Positions 14,261 through 26,500 of a stretch of DNA of 64,000 nucleotides are shown in pieces. The DNA lies in NCBI RefSeq assembly GCF_003918875.1, contig NW_025766059.1:372001-436000 (forward strand). The letters are read 5' to 3'. The notes beneath the pieces are model-generated. The model saw only the letters and a program-made list of their open reading frames with translations. It did no database searches and was not told where the DNA came from. The number at the start of each line of letters is the position of its first letter. Positions within the stretch are counted from its first letter, which is position 1. A program made the translations under genes and the position numbers. This stretch comes from Haliotis rubra (lineage: Eukaryota).

Positions 14261-14673
14261 TGTATTTGATACACATGATGCCTGCACCGTGTGCCTTTGT
14301 AAGTGATTTTGTTGAAAAAAATATTTTGTTTTAACTTCATTAAAACAATTAAATATGGCAAATATGATGCATTCTATAATGGTCTGTGTGTTTCATTTTA
14401 CAGGATTTTACTGCGTTGTACATGTTTATAACGATATATATATATTTTTAAAGTTGATACACTTACTGACATGGTATATTGACATGCTAAGATTGACGAA
14501 ATATTGCATACTACTACTTACCTTCTACTTATCTGAAGCAAAACATGTAGTGACTGAAGTGGGTTAACGTTTTATGTCATACTGGCAATTTTTCTGTCAT
14601 GACAAACCAAAGCCTGTAACTCACCATAACACTTGTTACGGTGACGTTTATATGTGAGAAAAAAACGTATTTA

Positions 14674-17600
14674 TCATATATCCGTAACTGTGGTAGACCT
14701 TGTTGCAGAAGACGTGGAAGGGGGTCTATGTGTGGATGAATGGGACTGATGAGGAGGGGTGGGGAGACGTTTCATCTCTACTGGAGGCAGGTAATACGGG
14801 TCTGGTGCCGGCGGGGATCGGTAACCTTTATCTGGATAGGTATCCTCGTCTGAAACTAAGCACGTTAGACAGGCGTTATTACATTTATAAAGTCTTTGAA
14901 TAGCATTTAGAAATGATGCACAATAGAAAGAGAGTTTTGTGGATGGAAAATTATTTATTATGAGGAACAACGTTTCTGAGTTTCCTTACTCCTTCATCAG
15001 GTGGACCGCCTCCGTGGTGTAGTGGTTAGAGCGTCCGCCCGGAGAGCGGAAGGTCGCGGGTTCGATCCCCGACCGCGTCATACCAAAAAGACGTTAAAAT
15101 ATGGTACTTGTTGGTCCCTGCCTGGCGCTCGGCATTAATGGGTACAACAAAGACTGGTCGGCTCGGAGTCAGTATAATGTGTCTGAGTGGGGTATTCATG
15201 CTTCACTGCGGCATGGTATCTCAGTGGGCTAGCACTATAAAACCAGCTTAAGTCTGGGCTAGTACAAGCAGGCAGCCGTACATACACATACACACTCATG
15301 CACGTCGTCATATGAGTGAAATAAACCCAATTTCACCTCACCTCACCTCACCTCACCTCACCTCACCTCACCTCACCTTCATCAGGTGAATGAATGGTAT
15401 GAGACAGAAAGCATATATATGTACATGTAAAAGCAACAAAAGTAATAAGACAACAAAGATGCAGGCTAAACAATGGAAGCCAACAGTTAACTGGCGTTGA
15501 TGTGTGATTGGTGATTGTATTTTTTTTTATATATTTACATAGACCATGTACAACAGCTTACGTTGACGTTGAGGTCTTTGACGTTACGAGTGTGTTGACG
15601 TTGAGGTCTTTGACGTTACTAGTGTGTTGACGTTGAAGCCGGTGTTCATTAGCAAACTAGAGTTTATCACAGGGTCAAGCTGTTATAATGTTATTTGGTA
15701 TGTGGTTGGGTAAGGTGAGGTGAGGTGAAATTGGGTTTAACGTCGTGCTTGAGAATATTTCGCTCATATGACGTCGTGCATGCGTGTGTATGTGTATGTG
15801 CGGCTGCTTGTACTAGCCCAGACTGAAGTTGGTTCTATAGTGCTAGCCCACTGAGATACCATGCCGCAGTGAAGCACGAATACACATTATACTGACTCCG
15901 AGCCGACCAGTCCTTGTTTTACCCATTAACGCCGAGCGCTAGGCAGGGACCAACAAGTACCATATTTTAACGACTTTTGGTATGACGCGGTCGGGGATCG
16001 AACCCGCGACCTTCCGCCCCCGGGCGGATGGTTTGGTAAGATTGTAGGTCAAATGCAACAGATAATCATATATTTCTTGCTGTAACAATGACTGTCGGGT
16101 TGAATTAATATCTGAAGTCAAGATTCCAGGTCAGTGTAGGTACGGTGCCTGAGCATCGGTTGTCTGGCATCGGCGGCAAGTGTGACCAGAGTGACGGCTT
16201 TGGACTACCATCATAATATCAACCATCCGGTCATCTAGTCAAAACGCTTATTTACAGACAGCCGTTAAATACCAGGAATACCTGGCTGAGACTTCAAGAA
16301 AATAACGTGATAAATACCTGTTGAGTGATCGTCTTCGTGGCTGTGTGTCGACACTTTTTCATTTTGTCTCCGTGCTTTACGACGTCGGAAGAGACAAAAT
16401 AAGACCACACCCACGATCACAGCAATCACGGCCAAAATCCCCACCACGAGTCCAACAATAAGTCCAGTATCTGCCGTTCTGAAAAGAAGACCAAGACATT
16501 ATCAGTGACATATTGGCAGCTTTATAATACTCACTAATCCGTTTCATTGTCACCCTAGGAGCTTCATCTTATGTTGTGTTGCCAAATACATGTATTGTCT
16601 GAACAGCATATAATGGTGTACTCACAGGCCCTCGTGTCTTTGCGAGGATTAAAGATTTTTTTTTAAATATATAAATATTTGAGACTAAATCTAAAATATA
16701 TACAAGCTGCTAAAAGTCATAGAAAAACGTTTGCACTAAAAAAGAAAATTAAAAAATATATGTCTATACACAATTTAACTGCTATACAGCAACCATTGCC
16801 TTCTAGATAGAACAAGGAATAAGGTTTTGGCAACACTACTAACAACTTCATTATTTGACATTAAAAAACAATATTTCTGTTCTTCGGTAAGATTGAAACA
16901 TTCACCATAGATAGTACAAATATTGTCTGTCAGTCTGTCTGTCTGATAACGTGTCAAAGATTGATAACGTGTCAAGGACGGATAACGTGTCAAATGTCAT
17001 CCCGCCGCAATGTAGCAGTGAGCTTAAATGTTTTTAGAAGGAATTCAGATTTGGAATATGATATATTTCTTGTCAAGAATGGCAATCAACTTAAAATATA
17101 AGCTCAAAAAGGATCTATTCATGTTATAAGATGTATCTTAATCCCGAACTTTACTTACACGGTAACGTGTATGACAGAAGATATTTAGCTAAGCTAAGAG
17201 TGAGTGAGTTTGGTTTTACGCCGCTTTTGGCAATATTCCAGCAATATCACAGCGGGGGACACCAGAAATGAGCTTCACACATTGTACCCATGCGGGGAAT
17301 CGAACCTGGGTCTTCGGCGTGACGAGCGAACGCATTAACCACTGGGCTACCCCACCGCCCCAGCTAAGCTAAGAAATGGGGTGGGAAAAAAGTATTACTG
17401 CTTTAACAGGCAGCCCTCGCTCAAAGAAATGTCATGCTGACATTCTCTATAAAATGTTTTTTTCAAGTTTCACAGCTTGGGTCTGACCCATTTGTTTCTT
17501 GCAGTAACCTATGTGGTATCGATATAATGGTGAAACATGACATACAGACTGAGTTGTGTTTTCTGCCGCTTTTGGCGGTATAGCAGTAATAAACATCAAC

Positions 17601-18614
17601 TGTATAGACCAACCCCCAAAATGAAAATGACAAACATGAAGCACTCGGTCATTCATTATATTGTATACGCTCCTCGCGCATCCAAGACACAGGTACACCT
17701 TGTTCTCATGCGCCTTATCAAGTTCATAAAGACCTTGCATCGTATTCTATTCCTCTACACGCACACGTCAAATCGCATGAAAATTGCTTAACTACATACA
17801 TTTCAGAGCTGTTTAAAAAGCAAAGCGACCTGTCGACAGATGTCCGTTGCTATTTTTAGTGATGAAACGCTAATGTCAATACATTTAGCCATATTTTCCT
17901 GACAATATTACTTTTTGCCTTATGTCTATTTCTTACATTTTATAGTGTATCGTCAATATTAATGCAGAAAAATCGTGTATCGTATCGTCACATGAAAACT
18001 CAAGATACACCGGTGAGCCGATGTTGTTTCACACCTAAGGGACGCAACTCTACATTGGCTTTGTCACCGGTTGACAGCCACCATAAACAAACGTTGTGTG
18101 ACTAATCAAAATATATGAATGGCGTCTCGCCAGTGAAGTACGAGTATAAACCAGTGTGTACTAACCCTGGTTCGCTGCAGCAGTAGGAGGATGTAATACC
18201 ACAACAATTGAATTCGCAGTATCTCTTCGCTGGTTGTCCCATCGGACGCTTTTGTGTAACACATTTCCTGCGCGTATGCTGTAGAGTAAGAATCGGATGA
18301 TAAATACATGTTTAAAATTTAGAAATTGGCGAATCAACAGAAAATTAGACAAAGGGCAGTAGAACATAACTGCGTGTAGTGTTATTGAGTGAGGGATTAA
18401 CATAAAATAATAAATAACGACTATTCCAAGCAGGGAATACCGGCTACAGAATCGCTCCCAAAAACGATGAACGTTTACGCATGAATGATTAGTGTGATCA
18501 AGGTCGAAATCCACATCTATGTTCTGAACATACACCTGAACACGTTAGAATGTAGATGTACTTACATATAGCGATTAAAGGAACAATGACACATCCACCC
18601 TTATAGGAACTCAT
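14674..18614 (-). CDS. G2: STMC6/Shisa-like paralog, 4 coding exons, +1 frameshift in the Cys exon (pseudogene allele or assembly error)
   Basis: Exons 18614-18566 (MSSYKGGCVIVPLIAI), 18278-18166 (SYAQEMCYT/KRPMGQPAKRYCEFNCCGITSSYCCSEPG; 113 bp where 112 is needed), 16478-16318 (TM GLIVGLVVGILAVIAVIVGVVLFCLF, then RRRK), 14849-14674 (DEDTYPDKGYRSPPAPDPYYLPP...DI*). GT-AG introns, phases 1/2/1. Confidence 0.75.
15004..15375 (+). mobile_element. Full-length tRNA-derived SINE (family with CACCT tail), 13-bp TSD
   Basis: A-box GGTGTAGTGG, B-box GGTTCGATCCC, (CACCT)n tail; TSD ccttcatcaggtg at 14991-15003 and 15376-15388. The central part resembles the MetaSINE domain (from memory, unverified). 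Confidence 0.9.
15713..16030 (-). mobile_element. SINE, CACCT-tail family, 5'-truncated
   Basis: Reverse complement of the 15004 copy lacking the A-box. Confidence 0.85.
17199..17361 (-). mobile_element. Short tRNA-derived SINE family (about 160 bp, (actc)n tail)
   Basis: tRNA head with A/B boxes; other copies at about 8533-8640, 10395-10530, 10817-10942, 12467-12640, 30624-30770, 35787-35930, 36115-36240, 39718-39840, 42977-43070, 53758-53870, 53935-54048, 58750-59085. Confidence 0.85.
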
Positions 18615-20069
18615 CGTGACACCGTTCAACATGGCCGTTGTTGACCTAATTAGGTGTGCAGGTGTGTATATCGTGCAGGGCACCCGGCTTGCCTGTGTTG
18701 TGGAACACACAGAGCGTGACGCCCTAGTTCAGGCGTAGACATATGTAAAGCAGTCCTCTACACACGACAGGGTCTGGACAGTTGACTGTGCAAGCTATAC
18801 ATTCAAGGTGCAGGAGCGTATCAGGGAGTGCTGTGCTGTCGGTTTCACATTTGGAAAAATAATGGTATACGCGAGTCAACTGGTAGCCGAGAGCCGTGAT
18901 TGGGTTCAGCAGTCAAGACATGGCCCTACATCAATGTCGAACTGAGTTATGGTATAGAGTTACTGGTCTATTTTCGGACGAGGTATTTACTTAGTTCGGA
19001 GTGTTACACTGGGACGTTGTCGCTGGATTGTTCGGGTAGCCATTACCTGGCAAACAACGATAAATCAGACAACTGTATTTGGTCGATAGACAAAGATGTG
19101 TTTGAAAACTGCAGTCCTGTTTCCTAGTACAGGCAGGCTGACGAGTCTAGTTTTTTTCCGCGTATTGGATACTTACAACTAGCCTCTGAAATATAATTGT
19201 TTTGACAGAAAAACATTTTAATTTGTCTTAATTTAATACAATGAATGTGAGTCCAAAGGCTGTGCTGTGTTTCAGAGCTGCACCTGGTTACCAGGCCTCC
19301 TAACTGGTACTGACTTACAAGGGCTGTATTGGATACATATCTTTCAGGGTCTGTATGACAGATCTCTTGCATAAGATGAAGATTTTTAAAAATCCCCAAA
19401 CCAGCACATGAAAACGAAGAAAAATCAAACATATATATGTACTTATAAAACCCACCAAACTCTCCATGCAGGTACACTATGACCAAGGTAGGGAACTACA
19501 TATGATCCCATGACAAGCTGGTATTCTAAGAATAATGTCTGTTCATCCGTCGAATGTGAGCTTGGCACCTAAACGTGGGGCTTTGTCAACAAATAATATG
19601 ATTTAACATTCATATGTGAGTTTTATTTGAAACTACGTGTGTACAAATATAGTTCAATAGACGCCATGCATATCATGCTGCTAAGGACTCACAGAGTAGC
19701 GAGCCAATGGATCATGAACAGATATTATGAATTGACGCAACAATAATTATCAGGATTAGGGAATGATCAACATATGACTTTGTGCGTGTATTATGTTAAA
19801 TCATAGTCAGTTAGTTCCTGACAGATATGACGTCTAAATAACTTGTAGATCACATAATATTTGAAATGAAAGATCAGCAGATGAGTGAAGAGGTGTATGT
19901 GTGTTTGAGTGGATGAAAGAGAATTAGTGAGTAAGTGGGTGATTAAGTGAGTGAAGTGATGAATGAGTTGGTGAATGAGTGAGTGGATGAATGACTCAAG
20001 AAGATTGATGATTTATAGACACTTTGAACAGTATTTCAGCTGTATCAGTCTGGGGTAGTAGGGCCGCCT

Positions 20070-20317
20070 NNNNNNNNNNNNNNNNNNNNNNNNNNNNNNN
20101 NNNNNNNNNNNNNNNNNNNNNNNNNNNNNNNNNNNNNNNNNNNNNNNNNNNNNNNNNNNNNNNNNNNNNNNNNNNNNNNNNNNNNNNNNNNNNNNNNNNN
20201 NNNNNNNNNNNNNNNNNNNNNNNNNNNNNNNNNNNNNNNNNNNNNNNNNNNNNNNNNNNNNNNNNNNNNNNNNNNNNNNNNNNNNNNNNNNNNNNNNNNN
20301 NNNNNNNNNNNNNNNNN
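20070..20317. other. Assembly gap (N)
   Basis: Run of N. Confidence 1.
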
Positions 20318-20525
20318 ACACGCAACATCATCAAGAAAATCCTGAAATTCGAATCCACGATCAGTGGGACCTCACCATTAACCACGGGACCACCCGTATC
20401 CCCACAATGATGTACAGTTTATTGATTTAAAGTCTTCCCTCTCACATAGCATGACAGTAATACGTTGTTCGGAACAGTTAACTGCATCACAACAGATACT
20501 ATAAACACATGGATGTGTTCTGCTT

Positions 20526-23500
20526 TCAGGCAGTACACAGAGAATCTGTCTGTGGAGGGCACGTTCTTGGTGCTGGTTGACACGATGACTCTGCCGTCGG
20601 TGGGTAGGCTGTTCCAGCCATTACTTCAGCGTATGATGGGGGTGGCTGTGCCATTCCTGGGTAGTAAGCAGGAGGCTGGTCAGGGTAGGCGTGGCTTCTG
20701 TTGAGTGCAGGTGGAGGCGGCAGCGAGCCTAGGTGAAGACAACACAGAAGAAGGACTTATATTGACAGCCATTACATGTGTTATATTGATGTTTTAAGCC
20801 ACACAGCGATATTACAGCAATGTGACGACGGACTGTAAATTGTCAGGTCTAGACATCCGATATTGCAAGCTCTAAATATCCGTATGCATAGTCATTATTT
20901 AAACATGACATTGTCAATGAAACATATTTATAAGAATTACACTCGTTACAACTTCGAAGATCCCTTCAGAAAGTTTAGATGTGGCATGAATAAACTGAAT
21001 GTACCAACCTATAGAAGATCCAGACATGATGATGTCAGTATTGCCATGTGTGCTCAACAGTGTTGAGGATGAGTACCATGTACTATTACTATGCCCTGTT
21101 TATTCTGATTTACGCAGCAGATATATACCCGAACTTTATTATGTAAACCCCAACATACAGAAGTTTGTAAATCTACTTATAATTAATAACCAAAATGCAA
21201 ATGTTAGCTATATTTGTTAACAAACTACATAAGGTTTTATGATGCTTATACCAATGTATTTTTCATGCCAGTGCTCCAAAGAAAATTATGTAAAAAATAT
21301 CATTGTACTTTTGGCCTCATGGCCACTCTACGAAATACATCTGTCTGTCTGTCTGTCGAAACTTCGCTCAAATTACATCGGAGCACTCGTGGTCCCTGCT
21401 TATCAAATCTGTCCAGGAGAAAACATTCCGTTTATCAGGTAACATATATCTTATATGTTTCTATAAAGAGGATTCTACCTGTGGATATGACGGAAGGTCT
21501 GAGGGAGGGGTTGTTTTCATTGTGACGTTGTTTTCTTGACCGGAGACAATAGCAGCAGCGGATAAGTACCATCAAGGTGATCAGCCCAACAGCAGCGACC
21601 CAGCTGTACGACGTCGACGTGATGCTACTGCCGCCGTCGCTGTAGCAGTCGACTTCTTGTCAATTATTGGTATATATTGTGCATAGTTGTAAGTATGTAT
21701 GTGTGTGTGTGCTTGGGTACGTGTGTCTGCGTAGACTTGAGCATAAACATATATGTCAGTGTAAGGATACCTCATGTAAAACATGATGCAGTATTTGACA
21801 TCTGTCATGTACAACATGATGCAGTATATTGACATATCTCATGTACAACATGACGCAGTATATGGACATCTGTCATGTACAACATGATGCAGTATATGGA
21901 CATCTGTCATGTACAACATGCTGCAGTATCTGACACCTGTCATGTACAACATGCTGCAGTATATGGACATCTGTCATGTACAACATGATGCAGTATATGG
22001 ACATCTGTCATGTACAACATGATGCAGTATATGGACATCTGTCATGTACAACATGCTGTAGTATATGACATCTGTCATGTACAACATGCTGCAGTATATG
22101 GACATCTGTCATGTACAACATGCTGCAGTATATGGACATCTGTCATGTACAACATGCTGCAGTATATTGACATCTGTCAGTACAACATGCTGCAGTATAT
22201 GGACATCTGTCATATACAACATGATGCAGTATATGGACATCTGTCATGTACAACATGATGCAGTATATGGACATCTGTCATGTACAACGTGCTGCAGTGT
22301 ATGGACATCTGTCATGTACAACATGCTGCAGTATATGGACATCTGTCATGTACAACGTGCTGTAGTATTTGACACCTGTCATGTACAACATGCTGCAGTA
22401 TATTGACATCTGTCATGTACAACATGATGCAGTATATGGACATCTGTCATGTACAACATGATGCAGTATCATGTACAAACACCTGTCATATACAACATAC
22501 TGCAGTATATGGACATCTGTCATGTACAACATGCTGCAGTATATGGACATCTGTCATGTACAACATGCTGCAGTATATGACATCTGTCATGTACAACATG
22601 ATGCAGTATCATGTACAAACATCTGTCATGTACAACATACTGCAGTATATGGACATCTGTCATGTACAACATGCTGCAGTATATGGACATCTGTCATGTA
22701 CAACATGCTGCAGTATATGACATCTGTCATGTACAACATGATGCAGTATATGGACATCTGTCATGTACAACATGATGCAGTATATGGACATCTATCATGT
22801 ACAACGTGCTGTAGTATTTGACATATGTCATGTACAACATGATGCAGTATATGGACATCTGTCATGTACAACATGATGCAGTATCATGTACAAACACCTG
22901 TCATGTACAACATACTGCAGTATATGGACATCTGTCATGTACAACATGCTGCAGTATATGGACATCTGTCATGTACAACATGCTGCAGTATATGACATCT
23001 GTCATGTACAACATGATGCAGTATCATGTACAAACATCTGTCATGTACAACATACTGCAGTATATGGACATCTGTCATGTACAACATGCTGCAGTATATG
23101 GACATCTGTCATGTACAACATGCTGCAGTATATGACATCTGTCATGTACAACATGCTGCAGTATATGGACATCTGTCACGTACAACATGCTGCAGTATCA
23201 TGTACAAACATCTGTCATGTACAACATGCTGCAATATATGGACATCTGTCATGTACAACATGCTGCAGTATATGGACATCTGTCATGTACAACATGTCAT
23301 GCAGTATGCAGTATATGGACATCTGTCATGTACAACATGATGCAGTATCATGTACAAACACCTGTCATGTACATGTACAACATGCTGCAGTATATGGACA
23401 TCTGTCATGTACAACATGCTGCAGTATATGGACATCTGTCATGTACAACATGCTGCAGTATATGGACATCTGTCATGTACAACATGCTGCAGTATATGGA

Positions 23501-26500
23501 CATCTGTCATGTACAACATGCTGCAGTATATGGATATGGTACAACATCTGTCATGTACAACATGATGTACTGGCATGCATGCAGTGACGACATCATGTCA
23601 CAACATACTGCTGTATATGGACATCTGTCATGTACAACATGATGCAGTATATGGACATACGTCTTGTACAACATCCTGCAGTATTTTGACATCTGTAAGT
23701 ACAAACACCTGTCATGTACAACATACTGCAGTATATGGACATCTGTCATGTACAACATGCTGCAGTATATGGACATCTGTCATGTACAACATGCTGCAGT
23801 ATATGACATCTGTCATGTACAACTTGCTGCAGTATCATGTACAAACATCTGTCATGTACAACATACTGCAGTATATGGACATCAGTCATGTACAACATGC
23901 TGCAGTATATGGACATCTGTCATGTACAACATGCTGCAGTATATGACATCTGTCATGTACAACATGATGCAGTATATGGACATCTGTCATGTACAACATG
24001 CATGCATGCTGCAGTATATGGACATCTGGACATGCTATCATGTACAACGTGGTACATTTGACATCTGTCATGTACAACATGCTGCAGTATATGGACATCT
24101 GTCATGTACAACATGCTGCAGTATATGACATCTGTCATGTACAACATGATGCAGTATCATGTACAAACACCTGTCATGTACAACATACTGCAGTATATGG
24201 ACATCTGTCATGTACAACATGCTGCAGTATATGGACATCTGTCATGTACAACATGCTGCAGTATATGACATCTGTCACGTACAACATGCTGCAGTATCAT
24301 GTACAAACATCTGTCATGTACAACATACTGCAGTATATGGACATCAGTCATGTACAACATGCTGCAGTATATGACATCTGTCATGTACAACATGATGCAG
24401 TATATGGACATCTGTCATGTACAACATGCTGCAGTATATGGACATCTGTCATGTACAACATGATGCAGTATCATCTGTGTACAAACACCTGTCATGTACA
24501 ACATACTGCAGTATATAGACATCTGTCATGTACAACATGCTGCAGTATATGGACATCTGTCATGTACAACATGCTGCAGTATATGACATCTGTCATGTAC
24601 AACATGATGCAGTATCATGTACAAACATCTGTCATGTACAACATACTGCAGTATATGGACATCTGTCATGTACAACATGCTGCAGTATATGGACATCTGT
24701 CATGTACAACATGCTGCAGTATATGACATCTATCATGTACAACGTGCTGTAGTATTTGACATCTGTCATGTACAACATGCTGCAGTATATGGACATCTGT
24801 CATGTACAACATGCTGCAGTATATGACATCTGTCATGTACAACATGATGCAGTATCATGTACAAACATCTGTCATGTACAACATACTGCAGTATATGGAC
24901 ATCTGTCATGTACAACATGCTGCAGTATATGGACATCTGTCATGTACAACATGCTGCAGTATATGGACATCTGTCATGTGTACAGCATGCTGCAGTATAT
25001 GGACATCTGTCACGTACAACATGCTGCAGTATCATGTACAAACATCTGTCATGTACAACATGCTGCAATATATGGACATCTGTCATGTACAACATGCTGC
25101 AGTATATGGACATCTGTCATGTACTACATGCTGCAGTATATGTATATGACATCTGTCATGTACAACGTGCTGTAGTATTTGACATCATGTACAACATGTC
25201 ATGTACAACATGCTGCAGTATATGGACATCTGTCATGTACAACATGCTGCAGTATATGGACATCTGTCATGTACAACATGCTGCAGTATATGACATCTGT
25301 CATGTACAACGTGATGCAGTGTATAGACATCTGTCATGTACAACATGCTGCAGTATATGACATCTGTCATGTACAACATGCTGCAGTATATGGACATCTG
25401 TCATGTACAACATGCTGCAGTATATGGACATCTGTCACGTACAACATGCTGCAGTATCATGTACAAACATCTGTCATGTACAACATGCTGCAGTATATGG
25501 ACATCTGTCATGTACAACATGCTGCAGTATATGGACATCTGTCATGTACAACATGCTGCAGTATATGACATCTATCATGTACAACGTGCTGTAGTATTTG
25601 ACATCTGTCATGTACAACATGCTGCAGTATATGGACATCTGTCATGTACAACATGCTGCAGTATATGGACATCTGTCATGTACAACATGCTGCAGTATAT
25701 GACATCTGTCATGTACAACGTGCTGCAGTATGTATGGACATCTGTCATGTACAACATGCTGCAGTATATGACATCTGTCATGTACAACGTGCTGCAGTAT
25801 ATGGACATCTGTCATGTACAAACATGCTGCAGTATATGGACATCTGTCATGTACAACATGATGCAGTATATGACGTATATGGACATCATGTACAACATAC
25901 TGCAGTATATGGACATCTGTCATGTACAACATGCTGCAGTATATGGACATCTGTCATGTACAACATGCTGCAGTATATGACATCTGTCATGTACAACATG
26001 CTGCAGTATATGGACATCTGTCATGTACAACATGCTGCAGTATATGGACATATGTCATGTACAACATGATGCAGTATCATGTACAAACACCTGTCATGTA
26101 CAACATACTGCAGTATATAGACATCTGTCATGTACAACATGCTGCAGTATATGGACATCTGTCATGTACAACATGCTGCAGTATATGACATCTGTCACGT
26201 ACAACATGTTGCAGTATCATGTACAAACATCTGTCATGTACAACATGATGCAGTATATGGACATCTGTCATGTACAACATGCTGCAGTATATGGACATCT
26301 GTCATGTACAACATGCTGCAGTATATGACATCTATCATGTACAACGTGCTGTAGTATTTGACATCTGTCATGTACAACATGCTGCAGTATATGGACATCT
26401 GTCATGTACAACATGCTGCAGTATATTGACATCTGTCAGTACAACATGCTGCAGTATATGGACATCTGTCATATACAACATGATGCAGTATATGGACATC

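Noticed and set aside
15004-15080. tRNA gene
   Set aside because: It is the head of a SINE with body, tail and TSD; the same applies to the other tRNA-like heads.
19996-20410. ORFs spanning N-runs (also 29033-29237 and 36252-36552)
   Set aside because: Artefacts of assembly gaps.
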